Below, piece by piece: positions 35,845-43,542 of a stretch of 54,289 nucleotides of DNA (its first letter is position 1; each line of letters begins with the position of its first letter). The notes under the pieces are model-generated. The model saw only the letters and a program-made list of their open reading frames with translations. It made no database searches and was not told the origin of the DNA. The stretch comes from Minisyncoccota bacterium (GTDB taxonomy: Bacteria; Patescibacteriota; Minisyncoccia; 2-02-FULL-40-12; GWA2-44-9): positions 1 through 54,289 of the forward strand of contig JAGOPO010000003.1 of NCBI GenBank assembly GCA_017992005.1, given 5' to 3'. The position numbers and the translations under genes were made by a program.

Positions 35845-36294
35845 CTAGTTAGCTTGCAGCTTTTCGACGAGGTTGCCGAGCGTGACTTCTCCGCCGCATT
35901 CGCTCATGATCCAGGGGATGCTGAATCGGTTCGCGCATTCCTGCTTGGCGCTAAAGCCGCAGTCGCATGCCACCATGGTGACTTTCTTGCCCAGGGGCAT
36001 AATGCTCTCGATGAACGTGAGCGCTTCTTTCATGGCGCTGGCGCCGACGTAGACGTAGACGTGCTCGGCGTGTTCGATGTCAGCGCTCTGTGAGCGAACG
36101 ACCCCGTCGAGCGTTTTGCGTGCCGTTGCCATGAGCTCTTCGACTTGCTCTAGTGACAACGATGCACGAGATGCAAATGGGGAATAGCCGAGGTAGTCGC
36201 CGGTATGGCAGGCAACCGGGCCAACGACTGTGCGGCCGAGTGGCACGCCATCGATCGGATTGTATGAGATAACAAGAACTCGGGGGGTATTCAA
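35845..36294 (-). CDS. Hypothetical protein (TTG start)
   Basis: A GGAGGA RBS is present. 149 aa with no recognised motif. Confidence 0.55.
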   Translation of the reverse strand: MNTPRVLVISYNPIDGVPLGRTVVGPVACHTGDYLGYSPFASRASLSLEQVEELMATARKTLDGVVRSQSADIEHAEHVYVYVGASAMKEALTFIESIMPLGKKVTMVACDCGFSAKQECANRFSIPWIMSECGGEVTLGNLVEKLQAN

Positions 36295-36325
36295 TGGATC
36301 TCCTCCTGTGAAAAAACAGATACTA

Positions 36326-36353
36326 TAATATCACAAAAACATACAAAGTCAAT
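36326..36353 (-). promoter_or_regulatory. Cassette promoter TTGACT-N16-TATTAT
   Basis: Follows the terminator at 36366-36391. Confidence 0.55.
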
Positions 36354-36365
36354 CATTGTGACTAC

Positions 36366-36391
36366 AAAAAACCTCCGCGGTGAAGCGGAGG
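36366..36391 (-). terminator. Cassette terminator with a family-like loop
   Basis: CCTCCGC-GGTGAA-GCGGAGG (plus strand) with a 6-nt U-run on the minus strand. Confidence 0.75.
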
Positions 36392-36397
36392 CGAGGA

Positions 36398-36613
36398 TTA
36401 CTCGAGCGGTGGCAGAGGGGTCAGTGTGGTGTCGTATCCCATCACGAAGCTCATCAAAAGCGCGCATCCAATCGTGATGACGATGATGCTGTTGCGGGAA
36501 AAGGTGCACTCCCACATCGCTTTCTTGCACGACGTGCGATGATCGATCATTGCCGCCAGCGATGCAGTGACGAAGCCGAGTGTTGCCCCTAGGAGGGCAC
36601 CGAGCAGTGACAT
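36398..36613 (-). CDS. 71-aa two-TM protein with a Cys-containing loop (paralog of 36626..36841)
   Basis: TM, then IDHRTSCKKAMWEC, then TM (IVITIGCAL). Confidence 0.5.
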   Translation of the reverse strand: MSLLGALLGATLGFVTASLAAMIDHRTSCKKAMWECTFSRNSIIVITIGCALLMSFVMGYDTTLTPLPPLE

Positions 36614-36625
36614 GCGATATCCTTT

Positions 36626-36841
36626 CTAATGAAGCACAGCCCACGTGACCAGTGCGCCCTGAATGGCGCAAATCGTGGTGATGGTGAAGATCATGCCACG
36701 ACTTGCACGGCACTGATGCAGCGGAAGTGGGCAGGGGTGATCAGGTGCGCCGGGATGGTCGAGCGTGCAGCCGATGTAGGATGCGAACCATCCCAGGCCG
36801 CCCCCGATACAGCCGCCCAGTAGAACAAGCAGTGCGAGCAC
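36626..36841 (-). CDS. 71-aa two-TM protein with a Cys-containing loop (GTG start)
   Basis: A GGAGG RBS is present. TM, then LDHPGAPDHPCPLPLHQC, then TM (FTITTICAI). Confidence 0.5.
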   Translation of the reverse strand: MLALLVLLGGCIGGGLGWFASYIGCTLDHPGAPDHPCPLPLHQCRASRGMIFTITTICAIQGALVTWAVLH

Positions 36842-36901
36842 GAGACCTCCTTTGTAAATGAGAAAACATACTATACCACGAAATTATGCCCATACAAGAA
36901 C

Positions 36902-36924
36902 GCCCACCCCGAGACGGGGTGGGC
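36902..36924 (-). terminator. Hairpin after the MFS gene (9-bp stem, weak U-tract)
   Basis: GCCCACCCC-GAGAC-GGGGTGGGC. Confidence 0.55.
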
Positions 36925-36930
36925 ACTGTA

Positions 36931-38130
36931 TTATGCTTTTTGCATTTTCCAGAGTATGAGCGCGGAGCACACCATCATGACGCCTGACACATTCCAGGCG
37001 GTCGTAATGGTGGTGTAGTTTGCGATGACGCCACTGGCAAGGAGTCCCGCCATGCCGCCGATATGACTTGCAAGCGCGGCGAACGAGATGATCGTTGCCC
37101 GCTCCTGCGGCGGGATGTTGTCGTTGAGATAGACGTCGCGAAGCGGATTGATGATGCCGCGACCAATCTCGTGCATCAGAAATGCCGCAAGCACGATACC
37201 GAACGTGGACGTTGCAACGGTGGCAAGGATGCTGATGCCAGTGAGGGCTTGTGCGGCAAGCAATGCGGTGCGCTCGCTGCCGAAGAATCGCAGAAACCGC
37301 CGCGCGTAGCCTGAGCCAACCATGAGCGCAATAGACATGCTCGCAAAGATGTACCCAAGACTAGTCGTGCTCACGGTCAGTGAACGAAAGAATGGCTGCC
37401 ATTGCATGTTGAGTGCCTGCACGGCAAACGTTTGGAGGATGCTCATCGCAAGGATGAATCGTACGGCAGTGTTGGTGCGGCTGTACTGGGCGCTCTGCAC
37501 GGCAATGTCGCGCATGCGTAGGTAGCCACCGCGGAGTGATACCGTTGTTTTCACAAACTCATCTTCTTCGCGCATGTAGCGAGCGGCGAGAATGCTCGCG
37601 ATGGCCATCATGATGCCACCGGCGTGCCAGGGAAGCGCAACGCCAAAGGTCGCCAAGTAGACGCCGAGGATTGGCGCGAGGATGCCGATGCCACCGGCCA
37701 TCTGTTCTTCACGAGCGAATATGTCGGTCAGCGAGTCGCGGTACCCCTGATGATGGAGTCTATCCACGAGCCACGCTCGAAATGCGCCGCTGGCAAAGGT
37801 AAGACCGATGCCGATAATCACTTCTGCTGCCACGTATCCCCAAAATGACGTAGCGCATCCATAGGTGACCATGCCGGCAGCCACGAGTGCGCAGGAGAGG
37901 ACGTACGAGCGCTTTCGGCCGAAGACATCGGCGAACGCACCCGTGGGAATCTCACAGAGAAACAGCGTGGTGAAGAACGAGAAGTTGACAAGGTTCACCT
38001 CGAGCAAATTCAACCCGCGTGCCATGAGGAAGGTGACGTAGTAGGCGTTGGTGAACGCCATGCCAAACTTCGATACTGCGCGCAGTACGAGATAGTGACG
38101 AATCGTCTCCCGTATTTCTGGAGTCTGCAT
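36931..38130 (-). CDS. MFS transporter
   Basis: 399 aa with about 12 TM segments. The loop motif DVFGRKRS is MFS-typical. Confidence 0.9.
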   Translation of the reverse strand: MQTPEIRETIRHYLVLRAVSKFGMAFTNAYYVTFLMARGLNLLEVNLVNFSFFTTLFLCEIPTGAFADVFGRKRSYVLSCALVAAGMVTYGCATSFWGYVAAEVIIGIGLTFASGAFRAWLVDRLHHQGYRDSLTDIFAREEQMAGGIGILAPILGVYLATFGVALPWHAGGIMMAIASILAARYMREEDEFVKTTVSLRGGYLRMRDIAVQSAQYSRTNTAVRFILAMSILQTFAVQALNMQWQPFFRSLTVSTTSLGYIFASMSIALMVGSGYARRFLRFFGSERTALLAAQALTGISILATVATSTFGIVLAAFLMHEIGRGIINPLRDVYLNDNIPPQERATIISFAALASHIGGMAGLLASGVIANYTTITTAWNVSGVMMVCSALILWKMQKA

Positions 38131-38311
38131 CGGAATCCTTTCTGGTTGTGAATGAACAAAAATCGCCCTGGCGAGTGCCAGAGCGATGTGGGAGAGTCAG
38201 GTATGGAAAACGAAATTACATGACGCGCACACATCGATCGAGCACAAAAGCTGCTCCGAGAACGGAGTCCTTCTGCGTGAATTCGATTGTGGGTCGGTAG
38301 CTATGCATAAC
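38131..38311 (-). promoter_or_regulatory. 180-nt leader with an internal intrinsic terminator (attenuator or riboswitch candidate)
   Basis: The promoter is TTGACT-N17-TATTAT (38318-38346). The hairpin AUCGCUCUGGC-ACUC-GCCAGGGCGAU followed by UUUUUG lies at 38162-38187, about 30 nt before the MFS ATG. Confidence 0.4.
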
Positions 38312-38344
38312 GGTATAATAATAGCACGAAACGGTGTAAGAGTC

Positions 38345-38372
38345 AAAAAGCCCACCCCGGGGAGGGGTGGGC
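38345..38372 (-). terminator. Cassette terminator
   Basis: GCCCACCCC-GGGGA-GGGGTGGGC plus a U-run on the minus strand. Confidence 0.75.
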
Positions 38373-38386
38373 GAAGCCGGTGGTGG

Positions 38387-38683
38387 TTAGACCTTCGGCA
38401 GAGGACCGTGGAGACGGCGCGACGAGCGAGTGCCCGTGCCGGGAACGTGGCGAGGGTTCATTTGCTTGATCGCATGGACAAACGCCAGGCGTCGATCACG
38501 CGGTTCGGCGAGATCACTGACGGTCAGGACCTGGTGGGTCAAGTGGAGCAGATCAGCCTCTCCCAACGTCACCGACTTTCCATCGCACATGATGGTGACA
38601 ATCCTGCCAAGCTTGGGCTTGCCCCCGATTATCGCTACCGTGCCTTTGGGCGTCCGTCGATCCTGCATCATGGGAAGTTTCAT
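38387..38683 (-). CDS. Hypothetical small protein
   Basis: A GGAGAG RBS is present. 98 aa. Confidence 0.55.
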   Translation of the reverse strand: MKLPMMQDRRTPKGTVAIIGGKPKLGRIVTIMCDGKSVTLGEADLLHLTHQVLTVSDLAEPRDRRLAFVHAIKQMNPRHVPGTGTRSSRRLHGPLPKV

Positions 38684-38772
38684 AATCTCTCCTGAAAGGT
38701 GCTGTGCCCGCCTTGTGTGTAGCGGGGTAACTACTATACCACAGGTGAGGTATTACGCAAGCGTCTGTGGTG

Positions 38773-39120
38773 TTAGGGGGTGAGCCAATTTTCCCAGCGA
38801 TAGGCGATACGTTTGCTGGTGTCACGCAGTCTGGTGATACGAATCACATCGCCGTTGCGCAGGAGCGCGCACTTGTCGCAGGGGATCGACGCGCCGAACT
38901 CGTTTCGAGACATACGAAATTCGACGACCTCACCACCGTTGATGGTGGCGGTGAATCCGCATGCCAGCACGTTGCCGGAGCTATAGGGCGCTGTAGCCAC
39001 CACGGTGCGAACATCTGATACGGTTGCAGTGACGTCGCCGAGCGACGGATCGATAGGCTCGGGTGGGCATTGAACACTGGCGAGAAGTGCCAGTGTCAGT
39101 GAACCGAGAAGGAGCTTCAT
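38773..39120 (-). CDS. Hypothetical secreted protein
   Basis: Signal peptide MKLLLGSLTLALLASVQC. The track ORF extends through the promoter and terminator to 39321. Confidence 0.55.
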   Translation of the reverse strand: MKLLLGSLTLALLASVQCPPEPIDPSLGDVTATVSDVRTVVATAPYSSGNVLACGFTATINGGEVVEFRMSRNEFGASIPCDKCALLRNGDVIRITRLRDTSKRIAYRWENWLTP

Positions 39121-39158
39121 GGGTTGCCTTTCTATTGCATGGAAATGTGCGAAGATCG

Positions 39159-39187
39159 ATTCTACAACGAATATATGACATTGTAAA
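39159..39187 (-). promoter_or_regulatory. Cassette promoter TTTACA-N17-TAGAAT
   Basis: Follows the terminator at 39189-39214. Confidence 0.55.
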
Positions 39188-39188
39188 G

Positions 39189-39304
39189 AAAAACCCCCTG
39201 CGTAATGCAGGGGGTTGCGGCAAGCCGGAGGGCCTCGAGGGCGCCGGGCGGGTCGTGGCATTGGGACACTCCATGTGCGACGCTTCGGGTGGATCCCTAA
39301 CGTG
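39189..39304 (-). ncRNA. Short promoter-to-terminator transcript (sRNA candidate, about 115 nt)
   Basis: The promoter is TTGACA-N17-TATACT (39312-39340). The terminator CCCCCTGC-ATTA-CGCAGGGGG plus a U-run lies at 39189-39214. The only ATG ORF lacks an RBS and reads through the terminator. Confidence 0.3.
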
Positions 39305-39357
39305 CTAGATAAGTATAGCATATCGATATGTATTTGTCAACTGCCTCAAAAACCAAG

Positions 39358-39380
39358 AAAAACCGCCCATTTCTGGGCGG
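39358..39380 (-). terminator. Cassette terminator, variant B
   Basis: CCGCCCA-TTTC-TGGGCGG plus a U-run. Identical to the copy at 40005-40027. Confidence 0.8.
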
Positions 39381-39387
39381 GGAGTGG

Positions 39388-39927
39388 CTAGGCTTCGTCG
39401 GAGAATGTAACAATGGGGCAGCTCTTTGTTTTCCAACCGCGGATGTGTTCGGCGATCAGTTGTCGCGTCGAAGACTTCTCCCATTTATTCTCGACTGAGA
39501 CGCAGATGATCAGGGTCACCATAAGAGCGACGACAGCTGCGCCTAATCGTGCTACGACCTCGAGCTCGGTGTGAGTCAATGAGCTGATGAATAACACTAC
39601 AAGCTCTCCGATAAGGAAGAGGCCAGGGTAGAGGCGATATCCGAGTGCTGTGGGCCACCAGCGATAGGGAATGAGAAACTCTCGCTTTGACTCCGGTGGG
39701 TCGCTGGGCATGATTGGTGGCCGTCGACCGAACAGAAACCCAGCAAAAAAAATCATTGTCATGACGCATGCGACGAAGAAGATGATCAGCGGCCATATGA
39801 TGAGGAGTCGTAGCCAGAACCTCAAAAACAGCTGACAGGTCGTGGTGTGCGTGGGGAGTATGATGTGCTCGCACATGAAATCATAGTATGTGACACGTGC
39901 GACAAATCCCGTAGGGGAAATTTTCAT
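39388..39927 (-). CDS. Hypothetical multi-TM membrane protein
   Basis: 179 aa with a GGAG RBS. Confidence 0.6.
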   Translation of the reverse strand: MKISPTGFVARVTYYDFMCEHIILPTHTTTCQLFLRFWLRLLIIWPLIIFFVACVMTMIFFAGFLFGRRPPIMPSDPPESKREFLIPYRWWPTALGYRLYPGLFLIGELVVLFISSLTHTELEVVARLGAAVVALMVTLIICVSVENKWEKSSTRQLIAEHIRGWKTKSCPIVTFSDEA

Positions 39928-39962
39928 AACGTCTGCTCCGTTCTTGGAAACGAACGAATATA

Positions 39963-39990
39963 TTTATACTCTATTTTATTACATTGTCAA
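39963..39990 (-). promoter_or_regulatory. Cassette promoter TTGACA-N16-TATAAA
   Basis: Follows the terminator at 40005-40027. Confidence 0.6.
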
Positions 39991-40004
39991 TAAATGATGA
40001 TAAG

Positions 40005-40027
40005 AAAAACCGCCCATTTCTGGGCGG
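40005..40027 (-). terminator. Cassette terminator, variant B
   Basis: AAAAACCGCCCATTTCTGGGCGGGGAG is identical to the 39358 copy. Confidence 0.8.
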
Positions 40028-40043
40028 GGAGGGAGGAGTCGAG

Positions 40044-40430
40044 CTAGCCGCTGCTTCGCTCATCGGTGCGTACGAAGATTTCTTCGCTTGCTGCATATCG
40101 ATGTTCCTTGCCTATGAGTCGAATAATCTCTTCGCGCGCGGGGTGATTATGGAGATAATTCTCATGACCGCACGCTGGGCAGATTATGTGACACACCCTG
40201 ATTTCGCTACGAAGATAGTAGTCGCCGCCGTTGCACGAGTACGGCGCAACGTAAAACAATTCTTGAATGAATGCCCACGTCGAAAGCGGGTTGCGGGCGT
40301 GGCATTTCGTGCATTCGACGAGGTAGCTACGAACGAAATCGAGGCGTCGCTGGAGCAGTATTGCTAGCCGCTTACTTGTTGCAGCTCTATACTTCGCAAT
40401 CGATCGTTCAATCTTGTCGAGTTCCTTCAT
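40044..40430 (-). CDS. Zinc-ribbon protein
   Basis: A GGAG RBS precedes MKELDKIERS. Motifs ECTKCH ... CPACGHENY. Confidence 0.6.
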   Translation of the reverse strand: MKELDKIERSIAKYRAATSKRLAILLQRRLDFVRSYLVECTKCHARNPLSTWAFIQELFYVAPYSCNGGDYYLRSEIRVCHIICPACGHENYLHNHPAREEIIRLIGKEHRYAASEEIFVRTDERSSG

Positions 40431-40493
40431 GGAGCACTCCTTTTGAAATGTGCGATGGGACGATGTCTTGTACCGCATATTCAGCGATTTAGC

Positions 40494-40520
40494 AAAAAAG
40501 CCACCCGGTGAGGGGTGGGG
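40494..40520 (-). terminator. Island hairpin terminator, near-copy of the 22-nt variant
   Basis: GCCACCCGGTGAGGGGTGGGG plus a 6-nt U-run. Confidence 0.8.
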
Positions 40521-40526
40521 AGAGCG

Positions 40527-41009
40527 TCAGGAGAGCGTCTTGAGAAGCGCTGGACCGTGGACGATACTAATCCAGGCGATAACACTGGCGCTGATGTGGA
40601 TGGCGAGTGTTTTGCCGCGTGGAGTGGCGCATGCGATTGATAGCAGGATCGCGGTTAGTGCGGTCATACCCAAGCCTAAGCCACTGAAAATGACAGCTAC
40701 GTATACGTTACTCGACGCATGGTATCCAGAAATCACGGCAGTCAGCGGGATGCCTGCAACCATGCCAACGATAAATACGTTTTCCGAAGCCGACGCACGT
40801 ATTGGTAGCAAGAGCAGCACGCACGATAGGAGCGTGACAGCGAGAGAAATGACCAGCAGCAAGTCCGCAACGTGTTGCGCTGGTAATCCAAGGATATATC
40901 CAAGAATGACCACGATGCACGTGCAGAGGATCGCCACTGCATCAGCGATGAGAATGTTTTTCACGAGATACCTCCAGGAGGGGGTTGTTTTGTGGTAGGA
41001 ACTAGGCAT
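40527..41009 (-). CDS. Hypothetical 5-TM membrane protein
   Basis: 160 aa, hydrophobic throughout. Confidence 0.6.
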   Translation of the reverse strand: MPSSYHKTTPSWRYLVKNILIADAVAILCTCIVVILGYILGLPAQHVADLLLVISLAVTLLSCVLLLLPIRASASENVFIVGMVAGIPLTAVISGYHASSNVYVAVIFSGLGLGMTALTAILLSIACATPRGKTLAIHISASVIAWISIVHGPALLKTLS

Positions 41010-41042
41010 AATGATGCATTAGATTTATTAATTTGTCAATAC

Positions 41043-41069
41043 AAAAACCCCACCCGGTGAGGGGTGGGG
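41043..41069 (-). terminator. Island hairpin terminator, 22-nt variant
   Basis: CCCCACCCGGTGAGGGGTGGGG plus a U-run. The stop codon is 7 nt away. Confidence 0.85.
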
Positions 41070-41075
41070 AGGGGG

Positions 41076-41360
41076 CTACGAGAAGTAGACGAAGGCATCG
41101 CGGATGTCGTCGCGGGTGCCGCGAATGAACTGCACGATGCGCTCGTTGCCATTGCCGTCAAAGAATGTAGTTGCTCCACCCGAGACGGTGACCTTCCAGT
41201 TAGCAGGAATGGCAACGCCGTAGAAGAGTGGATTTGCAGCATCTTCCGTTTCCACGTCGAGTCCAAGGGAGCGGAGGCATGCCTTACTGTCGCCGGACGG
41301 GTTGATGGTTCGCCGGGCAATGTTGTGCGTTTCCGTGAGTGACGGATTATAGTTTGGCAT
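41076..41360 (-). CDS. Hypothetical small protein (second gene of a two-gene cassette)
   Basis: A GAGG RBS precedes MPNYNPSL. Confidence 0.55.
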   Translation of the reverse strand: MPNYNPSLTETHNIARRTINPSGDSKACLRSLGLDVETEDAANPLFYGVAIPANWKVTVSGGATTFFDGNGNERIVQFIRGTRDDIRDAFVYFS

Positions 41361-41370
41361 GCTGCAAACC

Positions 41371-41598
41371 TCACCCGACGATGTCGTCATCCCAGTCCTC
41401 GTGCGCAACTCCACGGATGTCTTGGTAGGCGATGAAGGTAAGGAGTGTGGCGTCGGTATGTTCTGATTCGCTACCAATATGAACGCCATTGTCGTCGCAT
41501 TTGGTTACAACACCTTTAGCATCGGTGCCATGTGCGCGGTGTATCACCACCGGAACATCTTGGAGCGCTTCGAGGTGTTGCTTGTAGGGGCTTTCCAT
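41371..41598 (-). CDS. Hypothetical small protein with an acidic C-terminus
   Basis: A GAGGG RBS precedes MESPYKQH. The sequence ends ...HEDWDDDIVG. Confidence 0.5.
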   Translation of the reverse strand: MESPYKQHLEALQDVPVVIHRAHGTDAKGVVTKCDDNGVHIGSESEHTDATLLTFIAYQDIRGVAHEDWDDDIVG

Positions 41599-41686
41599 TC
41601 GGACCCTCTTCGTTGTTAATGGTGCCAGTGATTGGCGTTGATAAAAACCATGCCACAATTATTACACATATGCAAGCTGTTTACAT

Positions 41687-41717
41687 AAAAAAGAACCCCA
41701 CCCGGTGAGGGGTGGGG
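41687..41717 (-). terminator. Island hairpin terminator, 22-nt variant
   Basis: Exact CCCCACCCGGTGAGGGGTGGGG followed by AGGGG. Confidence 0.85.
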
Positions 41718-41724
41718 AGGGGCG

Positions 41725-42387
41725 CTAAGGCTGACTGGCCGTTACGGGGCGGGCCTCTTTGAGGGCAAGGTACTTCTCGTCGGCTTCGCGCATCTCCTGA
41801 AGGGTGACTTCGGGAATGCGCGACTTGATGGCGATGACAAGGCCTCCTCCGGCGAAAGGATTGGGGCGACCTTCGACGAGCATGATGATATCCAACTGCA
41901 GGAATGCGTGGTAGATCTGTTCGAGAATCATCACTTCGGAGTCGAGGATGTCATTTTTCACTCGGATGCCGAAGTTATTACTGCTCCAGGCAGTCCAGAT
42001 CGGCTCGTCCTTGTAGACGCGCAGCTGGCTGTTGAGGTCATCAGCGGACATCTCCGTATCGCTGTCGCACCCGACGAATGGCGAGAAGCTGTACATCAGG
42101 TACGCGTAGCCATTTAGGTTCTTGTAGAACCGGAGACCCTCGGGGACCTTGGTGATCGTGCGAGCATCGGCTCCCAGTAGGTCGCCGAGTGGTGTGGATC
42201 GCCGAGCGGGAGCGTCGGGGATTCCGAACGCTTTTACGAGCGGGTCGATGCCGCGCTCGTGTTCTGCACAATAATCCCAACCGAGGTTGAAGCCGATTAT
42301 CTGGCCTCCTCCTGCGATGTTGCCCTCCGGCGTCCTTTTCACTTCCGATACGAGAGACTTCTCGCCCTTCAAGAATCCTGGTCGCAT
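41725..42387 (-). CDS. Hypothetical protein (220 aa)
   Basis: A GGAGGG RBS lies 5 nt before MRPGFLKGEK. No motif recognised. Confidence 0.6.
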   Translation of the reverse strand: MRPGFLKGEKSLVSEVKRTPEGNIAGGGQIIGFNLGWDYCAEHERGIDPLVKAFGIPDAPARRSTPLGDLLGADARTITKVPEGLRFYKNLNGYAYLMYSFSPFVGCDSDTEMSADDLNSQLRVYKDEPIWTAWSSNNFGIRVKNDILDSEVMILEQIYHAFLQLDIIMLVEGRPNPFAGGGLVIAIKSRIPEVTLQEMREADEKYLALKEARPVTASQP

Positions 42388-42423
42388 TGCACCCTCCTTC
42401 ATTTCTTGTTAAAGACTAATATT

Positions 42424-42452
42424 ATAATAACACACTTTTGTCTATTTTGCAA
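42424..42452 (-). promoter_or_regulatory. Cassette promoter TTGCAA-N17-TATTAT
   Basis: Part of the duplicated terminator-promoter module. Confidence 0.65.
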
Positions 42453-42458
42453 GCTACG

Positions 42459-42485
42459 AAAAACCCCACCCGGTGAGGGGTGGGG
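42459..42485 (-). terminator. Island hairpin terminator, 22-nt variant
   Basis: Exact copy. The stop codon is 6 nt away. Confidence 0.85.
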
Positions 42486-42490
42486 AGGGG

Positions 42491-42751
42491 CTACTTCGTT
42501 TTCTGAGGAGGCAGAAAAAGGAAGCTCGAGACGATGAGTCCTATTCCCGGTAGCTTGAGAATAAAGCTTTCTCCCGTAGCCATGAGGAGGAGTCCATATC
42601 CCAAGATGGGCAGATACTTCGTCCACCAGAAGAAGCCACTGCCAGGAACACCGAATGGGTACCGCTCAGAAAGCTGAAGCCAGGCGGCGAATGCGGCTAT
42701 TCCGATAAGGACATAGCCAAGAAGTACGACGAGAGCCAGTAGGTAGATCAC
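42491..42751 (-). CDS. Small membrane protein (GTG start)
   Basis: A GAAGGGGGG RBS is present. Sequence IYLLALVVLLGYVLIGIAAFAAW... Confidence 0.55.
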   Translation of the reverse strand: MIYLLALVVLLGYVLIGIAAFAAWLQLSERYPFGVPGSGFFWWTKYLPILGYGLLLMATGESFILKLPGIGLIVSSFLFLPPQKTK

Positions 42752-42783
42752 GGCAGACCCCCCTTCTTTGTTAAGCGGATTCG

Positions 42784-42812
42784 AATATACCACACTTTTG
42801 ATGTATTTGCAA
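42784..42812 (-). promoter_or_regulatory. Cassette promoter TTGCAA-N17-TATATT
   Basis: Homologous to the promoter at 42424-42452. Confidence 0.65.
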
Positions 42813-42813
42813 T

Positions 42814-43134
42814 CTACAAAAGCCCCACCCGGTGAGGGGTGGGGAGGGGCGAGCGTGAAGGTTGCTTGTACCCAGTAACAACGGTGCGCGTCGTTGTTGT
42901 CTCGCCGGCGGTGCCGGTGAGGGCCACAATCCAAGCCAAGACGCACAGGCCTGGGTTGGTGCCCCAGTATGCAGTCGTTGCCAGGATGGCGACCGTGAGG
43001 TGTGGGGCAAAGACGAAGCCCAGCCATCCCAACGGTCCGAACCCGGATGCGATGCCGGCAAACAGCATCGTCAGCCGAGGAAAGAACGCGATAGCGATGA
43101 GGAAGCCAAGGCCGTGAACTTGCCAGAAGTCCAT
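42814..43134 (-). CDS. Small 3-TM membrane protein
   Basis: A GGAGAG RBS precedes MDFWQVHGLGFLIAIAFF. The C-terminal 15 codons overlap the terminator hairpin, so the true C-terminus is uncertain. Confidence 0.5.
   Translation of the reverse strand: MDFWQVHGLGFLIAIAFFPRLTMLFAGIASGFGPLGWLGFVFAPHLTVAILATTAYWGTNPGLCVLAWIVALTGTAGETTTTRTVVTGYKQPSRSPLPTPHRVGLL
42818..42844 (-). terminator. Island hairpin terminator, 22-nt variant (lies inside the 3' end of the upstream ORF)
   Basis: Exact copy. The ORF 42814..43134 reads through it, translating it as ...PLPTPHRVGLL. Confidence 0.8.
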
Positions 43135-43180
43135 TGGGGACTCTCCTTTGTTAAGATAGACGCGAGTGTCTACTATTTAT

Positions 43181-43209
43181 ATTATAGCAAAAAAATCAAC
43201 CCAAGTCAA
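43181..43209 (-). promoter_or_regulatory. Cassette promoter TTGACT-N17-TATAAT
   Basis: Near-consensus promoter immediately after the terminator at 43215-43239. Confidence 0.7.
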
Positions 43210-43214
43210 TAATG

Positions 43215-43239
43215 AAACCCCACCCGGTGAGGGGTGGGG
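43215..43239 (-). terminator. Island hairpin terminator, 22-nt variant
   Basis: Exact copy. Confidence 0.8.
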
Positions 43240-43273
43240 AGGGGCGTTTGTGCACGAGCGGTCATGACGTAAA

Positions 43274-43480
43274 CTAGTCGGAATCGTTCCTGCCAAACCC
43301 TGCGATGCGGAACAGGAAGTTCAGGAGCCCTCCGCTTTCCGAATCGCTCGTCTTATTTTCATTTCGCTCCGGGAGACTACCTGAGCCCGCAGCATCCTCA
43401 CGGGCTTGATGCCAAGCTCGCGACGCTTCCTTCGGGGTCACACCGTCACGCTGTACGCTATCGTCTTTCGTCCAACCCAT
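43274..43480 (-). CDS. Small hydrophilic protein (68 aa)
   Basis: A GGAGG RBS precedes MGWTKDDSVQRDG. Confidence 0.5.
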   Translation of the reverse strand: MGWTKDDSVQRDGVTPKEASRAWHQAREDAAGSGSLPERNENKTSDSESGGLLNFLFRIAGFGRNDSD

Positions 43481-43542
43481 AGTAACCTCCTGGTATATGT
43501 GTTGGGCGCATGGTATATCATTGGTATTGCAGGGTCAACCGT

